Shown: positions 37,801 to 50,993 of the stretch, in pieces
Position numbering within the stretch: position 1 is the first letter of the stretch
How the letters are laid out: each line of letters starts with the position of its first letter
Source of the DNA: Klebsormidium nitens
Lineage: Eukaryota > Plantae > Klebsormidiophyceae
Direction of reading: 5' to 3'
Length of the DNA stretch: 64,000 nt
Assembly: GCA_000708835.1 (NCBI GenBank)
Contig: DF237252.1
Span: 1-64,000 of the forward strand
Made by a program: the position numbers and the translations under genes
Notes under the pieces: model-generated
The model's input: only the letters and a program-made list of their open reading frames with translations
Told to the model about the DNA's origin: nothing
The model's database searches: none

Positions 37801-37823
37801 AGAATTACACGGAAGTCAAACAT
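31809..37823 (-). CDS. Large coiled-coil protein of unknown function (multi-exon)
   Basis: Minus-strand exons near 37000-36826, 36385-36150, 35531-35388, 34847-34610 and 34209-34060, plus a final exon from ~33473 to 31809. They encode E/K/R/A/L-rich heptads. The 5' exons (ATG 37823; ~37530-37400) are phase-compatible but less certain. No family recognised. Confidence 0.75.
34848..35010 (-). repeat. About five tandem ~28-36 nt copies of branch point, pyrimidine tract and AG, upstream of a real acceptor
   Basis: On the minus strand the real site is gactcgctaaccccgcttttccag|gccaaac (exon starts 34847). Upstream variants include gactcgttaaccccgcttttctag|acc, gacccgctaaccctgcttttccag|acc and two more degenerate copies. 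Confidence 0.85.
35942..36129 (+). mobile_element. MITE copy C, in an intron of the coiled-coil gene
   Basis: 188 bp with TIRs atgtcgtgacacttcagga ... tcctgaagtgtcaatgcat. Perfect 9-bp TSD cacaagttc at 35933-35941 and 36130-36138. Same core (acctgctccgtacccgtaaccaccctaaacccccaatctaaccctacccgtcccagg) as copy B. Confidence 0.92.
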
Positions 37824-39745
37824 ACTTGGGCTGCAAGAAGAAAGCTTGGAGCAGATGCCAGATTGAGGTGAGACCCTTGCATAGCTCAGCTCCGGACAGC
37901 AAGCGTTCAAGAGACCCCCTGAACTTGTTACCGTTCAAAGTGGGCGTCGGATCTCATAAGCACACTAGTGAGACTGAGTCCTGAGGGCGGGTTGTAGAGG
38001 CTAGCGGTGGACCGTCCGATAAATTCAACTCAGCTGTTAGCATCGTCCAAAGTTTCCAGGTGAGCTCGCGAGCCCTACGCCCACTTTAAAGATAATCTAT
38101 GTATGGTATATCTTATGTATGGTATTCTTCGCTTGAAGCTTTTCAGCCTGCTGGCAGAACTTGAAGGTAAAGTTGTATTCACCAGCCTTTGCCGGGTCGC
38201 GCGCGCAGCCTATCAGTCAGCAGTCATAGCCGTCGATCGACATGCAAGGGCGGCCGCCCATCGTTCGATTGTCACATTGAGGGGCAATCGCGTACAATAC
38301 TTATCGAATTAATGTACGGTCGCGGGCGGGCCGCGCGCGCTCAACTGGCCACCCGGCGTGCAACGCAACAATTTCAAGTTTCCGGTTATTAGCTTCCCCT
38401 ATAATGTTTTAAACTACAGTAGAGGCTCATCATCTCGTGAGCTCAAACTGCATCAATTCTGTCGCGACCAGCACGCACCACACGGGAATCCTGAAGCTGA
38501 TGGATTTTGAGTACAATATCGCGATGACGCCAGCATATATATACAGATTGCACCATTGCGATGGTCGATATAAGGAACTGAAGCAGTGAGCTTGTGTTCA
38601 ATAGGAAGCCTAAGTGAATCAAGTGTCATGCACATGGTGAGCTGCTTGAGGCCAGGTAAGGGCTGCACCCAAAGAGAGGTAGTGCTCTGTCGAAATCATG
38701 TTCTGCGCGGACGATCTGCATTAATTTGCAATTGTTGTAGCTTGCAGGATCTGCCGCCTGCACACATGACTCACTCGCTTCGATCCAAAGATGACCTGCT
38801 ATCTAATGAGCTAGCTGTATAAGTGCCTAGCAATTCAATAGCGTCAGCAAGTTTCAACTATATGATTAACCATGTACCCGTACGACAGTCGACTCCGAAC
38901 GGTTCCTTCAATGCACTTCAAGGTTGTCAAGGACGTTTCTGAGTATCAATTTTTCATGCTGTCTGAACGTTATAAACGGCAAAGCATGCGGCTAGCTGAA
39001 TCTTGAAGTCCTGCCCTGACTCGGAGTGTAGTATTTTGTTGCATGCAAAATCTCCTATGATTCAATCAATCGTTCTGATATGCTTTCAGTTGGTTATTAA
39101 GATGTTTAGTTCGATGGGGATGTGTTGCAACCAAGTTCCTAGACCAAGCTACACTAATGGAAGCTTCAGGGCTGATGCCAGGCTCATACATGACAGCGTC
39201 AATGACTAACGTCTTTGTTATGTAACCACTTCTGCACACCCTGCGTGTACTACTACTACTGACCTCGTCCATCCTGCTGCCCTATGCTCAAGACGACAGG
39301 TTCAGGCCATATCCAGTGCCTACTAATGCAAGAAAATAAACACGAACGTGCCTTTGAGCACTTGCTCTGCGATACGCTTTCTATAGATTGTCTGCATCGC
39401 TATGCATAAACTATTTGCACCCGGGCACAGCCGCGCCGTCCTTAGTATGCTTACAAACTAATGCATCGGGCCTCTGATTACAAAAGCCCGCTTATGGAAG
39501 CTACTAGCTTCAAAACCCCAATATAGAAGCCTGCCTTGCAGCATGCAAAGAGTGCCTACTTTTACTTGTACAATTCCTACCCCTGCTCTGACCGCCCCTT
39601 CATCCTAAACGCCAACGACAAGCAGGGCCGCGCGCCAAGCTGCATCTCGGTTACATCCGCGCGCTTTTCGGGGCTTTTTCTCTTACTATTTTACGAAAGG
39701 CCTACTATACTACTAGCCCGCCGCTGCAATCGAGTTCAACGTGCG

Positions 39746-42700
39746 TCAAGTAGCCGCCTCCCGCTTGACGAAGCTCTTGATGGTGCTCACCAGCAACGGC
39801 ACGTTGATTGGTTTCGTGAGGTACCTGATCGCAAAAGGAAGCAACGTAGGAACCAAGCTTTGAAAGGGCCTACGCAGGGATACGATGGTCAAACAGGTTG
39901 TATTGTCCAGTTGAGAGCGTGATTACATATGAACGAAAAGCGGAGGGGACTTGGGCTGTGATAAGGTCTTCTTAGATGTAAAGATTCAAGCCGGTGGTGT
40001 GCTCGCTGAAATCCTATATGCTTTTCGTTGAACCAGTGCTCTGACCAAAAGCCTTCTGATGCCGCTATAATTCTGATGCCGCTATTATCGCTATTAAGTC
40101 TCTGAACGATATGGACGCCACTTTGAATTCTGATTGCATCGCTGAATCATTGGTTGCCACAAGCTTGCCTAGGATGCAGACCTGCTGAATCTGCCTTGAA
40201 GGCAACATCAGTCCAACATATCCTGGGGCGAAACAGCTCCAAGAATCGGCAGGACAAACAGCTAGCAACCAAGCCTTGACGAGCAGGTTCGTGGATCGCA
40301 GGCAGAAAAGCGGGGCGACAAATTGCGGTCTCACCCGTCCATCCCGACGCCGAGGCACTTCTCCTTGTCCGTGGCCATGGCGTGCGCTGCACAAATTCCA
40401 TGTAAGCGTTTCATAAGGTTTGCCTTTGTCATAAGTCGCCCTCCAGGCGTCTTGTGTCAGCGAAGCGGCTCTTCAAACTTCTCGCCCCGAGGGAAGCGAG
40501 GACCCACGAGGCGGGTCGGCTTCCAGACCTTGGCTTACAGGCCCTGATTCCCATATAGTACATCTGTTCGTTCAAATCCCACCCGAAGAAGGGTGAACGG
40601 CCGGACTCGAGCTTCTCGAGAGGGCCTTCAGGCCAAAGTCAGAAGGATGTTTCCAAGCTGAGGTCGAACGGCCTCTTCCTCTCTTCTGCGCGTTCACGCT
40701 GCCCGTTCATGTTTCTGCAAGTGAACGGTTTACGACCTGTAAAACAGCGTGGCAAAGTCAAAAGCAAACGCTGCCGCTTTCAGGGCTCACCCGTCAGCGC
40801 CACGATGGGCACGTGTACTTTTTCGCCCTCCTCTAGTTGCCGGATTTCGGTGGTTGCGCCGTAGCCGTCCAGCACCGGCATCTGGCAGTCCATGAGAACT
40901 AGATCGAAGCAGCCGGACGTCCGCAGGGCCTCCGCGAGAGCGTCCGCAGGGGGGCCAAACTCGGACAGCGAGGGGGTGGCTTTCGGGGCGCCCAGCTGGA
41001 TCTCCATCGCAGTCAGGATAGCGTTGACCGCCTGAGAAAAAACAGGGACCCAGCTTATTGAATGAGATGGTTCGACGGAGGGACCCGAGCTTGGACACAC
41101 CACCTCACCACACTGTCTCGTGTCTGTCGTTGGCCTTCGAAAGTTCGATTTAAGAAAGTAAAGAGCAGGGCAGTTTGAACGTGTTCGATTGAAGGACATC
41201 GTAACATAACCTTGTCAGAAGATACAATCAGGCGGGCAGCTCCTGTTGGCGTCTGGCACAGTCTTTCAAGCGCCAAGGACCAAATCTGGTAACGCTACTT
41301 ACCAGATACTTTGCAAGCATTTGAGATTCGAGACAGACATACGGGACCGTAAAACATTTGAGACGCATCTGACCAACGTACAAGCACTGCACCGATTATC
41401 GCGGGTGACGTATTAAGTGGGGAGGCCGCCCCAAAATTCATCTACTCCTCCTCGAAACTGACGTTGTTCCATTCTCTAGTACAAGTGAGCTTCTTTCACT
41501 TTGGGAGCTTCAAATGTCAAGGCAGATGCTTCAATCCTCCAACCAGAGCCTCAAAACCTTCGAAAGACAAGGGATCTTTACTAGACCAGAAAACCCACCT
41601 GCCGCCCGTTCTCGACCGCGAAGACTTTCGCGCCAACCCTGGTAAGGATGGTAGTCGCCAGCTTCCGCAGCATCACCGTATCCTCTACGATCAGAACGTG
41701 GACCCCCGCCAGCGCCAGGTCCGCTCCCCCGGGCTCATGCCCGGGGCTTACTATCTCCTTTGGCTCACCCTTAGGAACCGGGTTACGGATAACTCTTGAT
41801 ACTGGCTGTAGAGTAGAGGTTGCTCTGATTCCCGTAACGCCGTTTGCAATCGGGTTGGGTATCCGCGGGAGACTGTCAGCGGCCTTCACGCTGAAAGAGT
41901 TTGCAGACGCGGCTGGATTGGCCGTGCTGTCCGGCCCCTTCTCATCGACCGCGCCTCGAGTCGAGGCGAACGCCATGCCCGCTTGGATCATGAGCTCCTC
42001 CCTCTCCTCTTCGTTCAAAATAATTGATCTCTTGGACTTTTGTACCTTCTTGGACGCCTTGTTGGAGAGCACCGGAGGCGCGGCTGGGAGCGCACTCCCC
42101 AGCAGCGAATCCGGGTTCGGATTATCGCTAACCATGGCGGTTAGTAGGGATAACAGGCGGGACGGGTGGAGGACGTCGTACGTGATGATGCGGCAGCCGG
42201 CGGCGCAGCGCATCTCCTCGTAGATCGCGCCGGGCAGCGCGAACGACACGAGCCACGCCACCATGACACGTGGCGCGTTCACGGCCGTCGGATCGTAGCC
42301 CTCCATGAGCGAGCGCAGCGCGATGGAGAGCGCCTCGGGGGAGGGGAAACCGGGCACGACCGCAGTGTCCAGAATCAGGAGAATGGGCCCCTGTGAAGTG
42401 CCCCGGTCAGTCTGATCGCGGTCGAGGAGCTGTCCGAAGAGCTGGTCGCCCGCTGACAACACGCTCTTGCTGGACATCTCGTCCGTCTCGCTGCTCCTTA
42501 TTTCGGACGGCCTTCGGACGGGGCCACCCTGGCTAGCTTTATTGATGGGTCCTATTGATGGGTCCGCATCCGCGTCCAGCCCCTCGGTGGAACTCCGGAC
42601 GGTCTTCCCGAGCAGACGCCGGAACGTCTCCCGCAGCCCGCCCCACCGCTCGGCCTCGTAAACCCTCAAATGTCGGCGCGCCATCCAGGCCGCGGCCGCC

Positions 42701-45700
42701 TCGCGCCCGACGTAGTCCCCCTTCAGCAGCAGGACGCTGCTTCCCTCCAGCTGAGGGAGCAAGGAAACCTCTTGGCGCATGTAGTCGGTCGTGCTGACGT
42801 TAGACCCGGCGGACGGCCGCGGCGCGACGCGCGCGGTCTTGCGCCCGGCTAGCCGTTCCCCGAAACCTCGGGGCGCCCCTTTGGGTGTAGCTATGGGTGT
42901 AGGGCAGTAGCTCGCGTTCGCGTCCTGCTCGGTGGAATGCTCCGGGGAGAGTTCGAGAGTGATGTGGAACCGGAAGAGGCTGCCGGGCCCCTGTTTGTCT
43001 TCGATTCGGATGGCGCCCCCCATGATTGCGACCAGGTTCTTGACCATCGCGAGGCCCAGGCCGTACCCGCCGCTGTGCCGCGAGCCCTGGGTGAAGCTCC
43101 CGAGCACCGTCTCCCGCCGGTTGGGGGGGATGCCGACGCCTAGACATAGGAGAACAAGGTTATTAAGCATAGTGGAAACGTGTGACGAATAGGAAATAAT
43201 TTGTAAAAGCGGTGACGTGAGCCCTGGGTGGAGCTCCCGAGGACCGTCTCCCGCCGGCTGGGGGGGATCCCCACGCCTGGAAAGTGTAAGAACAAGGTCT
43301 GTAAGCATTGTGGAAACATGTGACGAGAAACTTATGGCGGAGCAGGTGAACAAATAGGAGCACCAAGTAGGAGCACAAGGTATTCTGGAAGAATAGCTGT
43401 GACGGTATGTAATGAGAGAGGTGGTAGAAGAGTGTTCTGACGAAATAGGTGCCACTGTGCGGATCAATTCCGTGGTTCCGAAGCTACTTTGTCACCTCAA
43501 ATGGCACGCACATTTGGAGATTCTCATGAAGAAGAACGCAAGCTAGCTCTCGCGAACCGTGACTCCATTTTGTAACCTGCAGCCTGTAAGTAATCGCGAG
43601 TAACAAGCAACTCACCGGTGTCGTCGACTTCGAAGACGACCGTTATGTTTCTCGACCGCTCCGCCTTCCCGCCGGGCAGTATGACCGCTTTGAGCTTGTT
43701 TGCATACTCCGCGATCCAAGTGGATAGTCCGCTGTCTCGAGGGCCTTCGTCGCCGGACGACGCGCGGACCTGGTTTAAGCTCAGCTTCCTCGACACCGTT
43801 CGCGCCAACGTGCGTAGCACTTTGGGGAGCGGCTTCGGCGAGCTTGGGGCGCCTTGCGACCCGGAGAGATATGCGCGGACCACGATGTGGCCTTCGTGTG
43901 TGAACTGCAGAGAGGATCATCAATAATATCAGGCTTCACCAGAGTTTCGATGCTCCAACCTTGCTGGAGATGAGTCGGCTTTGGCCTGCGCACAAAGCGT
44001 TTGAATCGAAGGGGAAAGCTACGATAAATGGCACCTTTTCACAGATCCACAGCTTTGGCGATCACAATTGCTCATTTCTTATGATTGAGTGAAGGCGATC
44101 ATGGCCCCATAGTAGTCTCGTGAAGGTCCTTCACATAGGAGGGGAGAGAGTATATGCCCAGAGACTCACCGTCACGGCGTTCCCCACGAGGTTCGCCAGG
44201 ATCTGCCGCACGCGCGCGCAGTCCCCGACGACCCTGCGCGGCAGGCAGTCGTCCAGGTCGAGAGCTAGAGCGACATTCTTTTTGGCGCACTGCACCGCGA
44301 ACATGTCCACCAGCGCCTCCAGCTCCTGGCCCAGATCAAACGGGCCCGTCTCCAACGTCAGCTTGCCGGTCTCCACCTGGATGTCCACGTCAACCAACGT
44401 CAGCGTCCGCAAGTAAGCGCAGGGGACGCGGCCGAAGTCCGCGGAAGGGACATCTTCCGAAAGCGTCGAAAGCGTTGTTGAGACATGGTAATGAGATAGG
44501 CGAAGCAGCTCGGTTTTGCCGGTTAAGAGGATGCAGGATCTCTACGCCGCCCTGCAAATGTACCTGAGAGTGCCGATTTCATTTTTCTCGATGATACTTT
44601 AGTAACAGCATCTCCCTTTAGCAGGTTGATTGGACGCGAGTTTGGGGACCAGGAATTATTATGGGCCCGTGGAATAGTTGTCAGGTAGCTGCAAGGCAAA
44701 ACCTACGGCGCATTCTTTCACGGCCGCAAAATGCAACGCGGCGGCATTGCTCCAAGAATGCCAGACGTGCTGCTCGCGCTTGCATACTATTGACTCACCT
44801 TTCGAGTAGAGCACAAACCGGAAAGATAGGTATATGAGCATCGACTTCTGGTTTGAGGCAGAGTCGCTTTGAACACCAAAGTCGACTGTCTAGAAAGATG
44901 CTCCACGAAGATCGAGATTGTGACTTTCTAGTTTAATAGTAGAAGGCCTGCAATCTCGATTGCAGGAGCCACCAAAACCGCCCGAGCGAGCAGCCTTCCG
45001 CTAAGGACAGCTCACCTTGGACAGGTCGAGGATGGATTTGAGGAGGTCCAGCAGCTGCAGCGCGCAGAGCCGGACCTGCTTCAGACTGCTGCGCTGCTCG
45101 TTCTGCAACCGACTGTCACCCAGCAGCACCTCCAGCAAGCCTGAAACGAATATACGTTCATGTGAGATGTTGAAGGATGAGGGTTCAGTACAAGATTCGT
45201 TTGAGATGTTCAAAGATAAGGGTCGAGTGCTCAATACGAAGAGGCCATGCAGTTCCAGAAAAGAAGGGCTGTGCTGCTCGTATGGCAACCGACTGTCGCT
45301 AAGCAGCCTTGCCAGCAAGCCTGGAGTAAGTCTAGATGTGCGACAGAGGCTCGGAGCTTGAGAATGTTGCTTGCTCCTTTAATCACATGACACCCTTATT
45401 TTCGGCACAATCTGCTGCCGAAACATTGGAGTCTAAAACTGTAAGGTCCAACGGCGAGATGAGCACCTGAGATCTCTCTAGAGCATCGAGTGGAAGTCTG
45501 GACACGCTTCAGTCGCTCTTTGCTTCAGAAAAGAAGAGGCGACATTGAACTTCATCTGGCGCCAAATGTTTTCCGTGCACCGATTGATCAACATCTTTTC
45601 GACGTTAGCTGATTGGATTCCCTCCACCTTACCTGCTTCCGCCTTAGAGGCAGAGTCATGCGACTCGTCGAGTTGCCGAAGCACACTTAAACAAAAAGTT

Positions 45701-48700
45701 ACATGAAGTTTCGGGTTTAGACGTCCCGCTTCACCTATGATGCAGCAGAGGGGCGTCCGCACGTCGTGGCTCATGGCCGCCAGGAACTGGCTTTTGTAGT
45801 CTGAAGCTTTCTCCGCCTTCTCCTTGAGCTGCAGACTGTTGATCAGCTCCGCCCGGAGGAGCATCTCCCGACTAACCCGGCAGGTTAGCAGCACAATCAG
45901 CACGCAACCCAGGACGAGAACCCCGGCCGTAGTGGCGCTGATGATAGTCAGCTCACGGCTGGAAGTTCTGTCGATGTCGTCCCAAACGACCGACCGAGGG
46001 ATGGCCATAACCGTGACCTGTAAGAGGTGTAAACTGTGCAATTTAAGAATGAGCAGGGATGGGCATAATTGTAACCTGAAGCGGTGTAAAGTGGCGCAGA
46101 TAGGTGCTAACCACGTGAGATTAAGGGTTGCGGGCTAGCCGTTGACTTGCAGGCTGAGGCTCAGCAGAGCTATAGCCAGCGATGCTAGCTTGAACATTAG
46201 CGCCAACCGCCGAAGAGCTTTTTCGTTGGTAAGGCCCGGTAAGGAGAAGGCAAATTTCTCCCGCGTTATTTAGGGGGAAATAACGGACCAAGTATTTGGA
46301 GAGCTGGGACAACTCAAAGGATTTTAGGGTGTGCTGACACAAGCAGATCAAGAAGAGCGCAAAGCTGCAATCCTTTTCGATGAAGCTTGAGAGTGGAGCG
46401 GATCCAGAATAACGCACCAGTGTTCTGGCTTCGACCACAATCTGGAGATGGGAGAGGTAGTACTCGCCCCCAGCCAATCGCACGTTATCATGAAAGCTCG
46501 TGACCCCAAGCTCAGGCCAGCCTTCGACAGCCGCTTCAGCAACAAGAAAGCGCGCGGAGTCGCGCATGATCGGGTTGGAGGCGTTTGCAGCCAGCACGAT
46601 CAAGGACTCCGAAGCTGCGGTCAACACAAAAAGTTATAATTTCACAAAACGTTCCTGGACGACAAACTGAGCCAGGTTGCCCAGAGCAAATTCCCTTGTA
46701 CAAGAAACTTTTCTCAGCTTAACCTATGTGAGTCTACTGCAGGGCAATCCCAAGGAAGTGTACCGACCTTGGGTGATAAGAACGCCAATCGAGTCGCTAT
46801 TTGCTTGAGGAGAATACTGCAAGCCTCCAGTGAGAGCCCTTGAGGATTGTCGATGTGATACCCCTTACAGTATGAACTGCTTAGCTTGCTCGAAACGAAC
46901 CATTGAAACTAGGTACCCCCATGGATATTATCGACGTATCTTTCGTATGAAACGCGACTCCACCAAGTCGACTTTCTCTTAGCTGTGCCTAGTCTTTCCT
47001 TACATAAACTTGCAGCCTCCACCATTGGCTAACTCAGAAGCAACAGCAAACGATAACATCTGTTGAAGCAGACTCAAAATCAATTGGTGCTTTTCTGTTT
47101 CCGAAAGCGTAACCAGGAGGGATCAGGATTTCTTACTGATGACCGTCGAGTTGTAGAGTCCGCTCATGTCCGAGCTGGAGATCAGCCTTCCGCTTTCTGC
47201 TTCAAAGACGTACAAGAGTCCGGCGTGCTGTGGCCGGATGCTCGCGAGGAGAGTCGTCAGCGTGACGGTGGTCGATGTCCCCAGCGCGACTCCGAGGGTT
47301 ACGTTGGTAACCGGATTCCTGACCACTTGAGCAGACAGGAAGACTAAGGTACTATTGTAGGCCCACTGCACCAAAGGAGGCAAGGCTGATTTGGTCGAAG
47401 ATGCAAGGGAAAGTGCGTATTTTGTTTTTGGTGGTTGGATTTGGACCAACGACTTAGTTTTGGAGGACAATCCGAACCTGCGAAGTCTGATCAACCTGAC
47501 CGTTTCAGAGTTGCCGCATATCTTGTACCCCAGCAGTGTCCTTGCGCCAGCTCTGTGTATGATATGGTCCCAACTAGAAGCCTGAGCACGACCAGCCTAT
47601 AGCTGAATCGAAGGTGCCAGGGATTGTCTTTTGCGGTTGAGCAACACCGTCTCATAGCTTTTGCTGCCACCAATCAAGCAGAGACCGGCACTACTCACAA
47701 CGAGGCCCCAGGCCATTTTCCCGGTGATCATAGTCTCCCTGTACGGTGCCGTCTCTCTGAAGTCCCCGGGGGCCGCAGGTTTCGGCCGGGAGGTCGGGTT
47801 ACCGAACAGGTCCACGTCTTGAATGAACAAAGGCATGGTCGAGTACCCGGTCGAGCTGCTCGGGGGGGGGCTCGAACGGTTGGCGAAAAAGTGCCGGATG
47901 GCGCCGTCGTCAAAGCGCCGGAAGCCGCTGACAAGGCCGTCTAGAGTCTGGAATCGGCAGAAGCTGGCGTTCGGGGACGACAGGAGAGTTGCCAGGATGA
48001 GAGGAGAGACCTGGAGACGAAGAGGTTTGGAATCAGGGTGATGTGCGTATATGAGAGCGTATTTCCACCCCTTGGCATCGAAAGAAATAGGCGAGGGGAC
48101 GTGAAACCCCATGGTGGGAAGTGTGCCCCAAAACGGAGCACGAGAAGCGCGGCAGGAAGTCGAAAGCGTTCAAAATTAAGGGACTTCTTTTCTAGAAATG
48201 CTAAAGGCAAGAAGGGGAGCTTCAAACAGGAAATGGCATGAAAAGCTTGGGAGCTCGGAGAAGGAAAAAAGCGACCGACATTCGGTAATTAATCTGGCAT
48301 GCTTCAATGTTGAACCTATGCTGCCCTACGAAGCACTTTCAATCAAGCAAATACCTGTGCAAAAATCAATGAGAAAACCGCAGACTTCGGCTTGATTTAG
48401 CTGAACGACTCTTTGTACTTTGTAAAGTTGCAAACGGATTGAGTCTTCTTCTAAAGCCAGGAAAGTAGACAAGAAAATGAGTGATTGTATACTAGTAGGG
48501 ACACAACGTTTTGACAAAACATGCAATGAACAGAATTTTCCGTTCAACGTTGGACGAAGAGACAGAGCTTACGACCCATTGCTCGGTAGGCATCAGCTCT
48601 AAGAGGACTTGAAGCCGAGGTGCAAATCTGGCAACCTTCCCTTCAGCATCTGGATACTGTTGCTGCTTGTTTAGACTGTGAAAGTTGGTGTGCCTCGCAC

Positions 48701-49794
48701 GACCACAGACTTTTAAGCTTGAGTGGCCTTTCTGTGCTGAGAGCTGGATGCATTACAGCCGCATTTCGCTCGTTGAATGTACCATCATTGCAATGGATTC
48801 AAGGTGCACAATTTGGCGACAGCTCAATGTTGAAAGGGATGCTTGTGACATCAAACCAAGTCTCTTACATCTTGGTATCTGCTGCATGAATGACCTGCCA
48901 CCCTTTGACCTTCAACAAAGAGTAGGCACAACATGGATCCTTACCTCCTGCTCAATCACGCTGATCTTTGTCAGGTTAGCAGTCCGTATAGTCGATGATA
49001 GGGCCATAGTCGTTGCAATTTGCCTGGCCATCTGCGTTGTCGCGCTCAGATACTTTGAGAAAGACCTTGCACCGAAGTCGAGAGAGTGCGCCTGATTCTC
49101 TCCAGTCAGTCGCTCAATGTTGCGCCGCGCCGTGACATCCATCTGATACCAGGTCGAAAAGGACATGGCTGCGACCAACACACACATAAGGACCTGGATG
49201 CAGAGGAGAAGCAAGAGTCAGGGTGGTGAAGCATAATCTTACATCTAAGAAGCACAGGCGTTGCCTGTAGAACTTTGGAAAGCCTTGTCGACCAGACTCT
49301 GGGGCTCAGCAGCAGGCAAGATGGTAAAATACCTCCACGTCCTTCTGGAAACAAATGATCAACCGATCAGTATGACAAGAGTACATTGGTGTGCAGGGGC
49401 GGAGAGATTCAGAGGGAGGAACCGGTCTGTGACTCTGTTCATTGCTGACGTGAAGGATATTACAGAAAGAGTGACAAGGATGGTATGAGAAGGACTGAGC
49501 TCTTGCAAAGGACCCTGGCTTTGCCTCCAATATCCTGGATTCAGTCAAGTCACTTCACGCCTCTAGCACCATGGCACTTTCTATTGCATCTACCCTCAAG
49601 TATACCAATTCAGGCTGGGCACAGCTTCTTTAAGGACAGCTTATTACCATGATTCCCAGTCGAGTGATCAAGACCATATGGTCAAATCCACCCCGGTTCC
49701 TGTGCTCCAGGGACATGGATGCCTGTCTTTCTTCCCCCATGACTACCCCTTTGACGGTGGATCCTCCTTTTCGGGATGGATCACGTAAAGGCAT
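39746..49794 (-). CDS. Hybrid sensor histidine kinase 2, inverted paralog of HK1 (13 exons)
   Basis: Same domain order and intron positions as HK1, except that one intron is absent. Exon 1 (49794-49648) ends GFDHMVLITRLGIM, identical to HK1. The long exon 43139-41599 is uninterrupted. The last exon reads YLTKPINVPLLVSTIKSFVKREAAT* (stop at 39746-39748). Confidence 0.93.
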
Positions 49795-50993
49795 CTAGTG
49801 ACTTGGCTCCAAAGTCTGGACAACTCAGCTGATTTGTGCTGATTGAGTTGAGCTTCTCTGCAAGTATGTCTGAGCTCATTAGAGCCGGCTCACGTACTTT
49901 CCAACGCTGTTGATCTGCATGTTTGCTCACATCCTACATTTCCACATTATTGATGCTTTTCATGCTGCTCAATCACAATGAGCGGCACTTCACCCAACGC
50001 CCCTGTGCTGTGCTTCCATGCCTTTTCAGCTCGTTGTATTCCCCCAGAACAAGGAATTCCTCCCATCATGCTGCTAGCAAGGCATCAAACGCCGAACAAC
50101 CAACTCGCAGGATTATCTGATAGGAAGGACCTGGAGTTCTCTGCAAACTGCATCTAAGGAAAGTATTTTGTAGAAAAGCCTGAGGTTCTTCTATCCTGCT
50201 GAGATTGATCTCTCTGAACAGCTTGCGGGTGGCGTCAAAACGCCAGGGAAACCTGTTGTGCAGGCAGGTGAGAAGGAGCTAGTAGTTTTTGTTGCGCATT
50301 CTGCAAGCAGGGAGGGGGCACATTACAGCCTTCCTGCGATGTCCATTTTGAAGTCCTTGATTGAATAACAACGAGCTCGATGTCACTGACGAGCAGCAAC
50401 AGCTGCGAAGCGCTCAAGTCCCTTAAGTTCTCAGCTTTTGTGCTCAGACATTCAAAGAGCCTATAGTCGCAAAAGCAGTCGGCCCCTGATTCCAGCCAGG
50501 GCCTCAACACAGATTGCTTACTCCGGGTCATCCCTGTACGATAGCCCAAGCTGGTAGATTCTCAGAAACGAAGCAGAGCAAGCAGAGGCCATGCTCGCCC
50601 CGAAGCGGAGCCAGACTGCGTGCAGCACCACGCTTCTTGCGTATCATTGATGTCAATCTCATATTATGCTCTCTTTCAGAACTAGGGCCGTGCCGCACGG
50701 CATGCGACCCGCATCCGGGGCGTCGCGTGTACGAGCCATGTGTGGTTGCTCAATGAATTAAGCTCAGATCGAAGGTGCAACCATGAAAGGTCTGAGACGA
50801 TGAGGTCTCGTAATAGTCTCAGCCAATCACACTAGAACAGTAGGAAACTGTAGGATACCTACCTGTGCCAGTGGTGTGCGGTAGTTTGTCAGTCCGACTC
50901 AGCTACCGTGGTGGCCCGGTTGAAGGTGATCCTAGTAGCGGCCCGCGGCCCGCGGGCCGGCCGTACGCCGTACAGCGCACGGTTATGGGTGTG

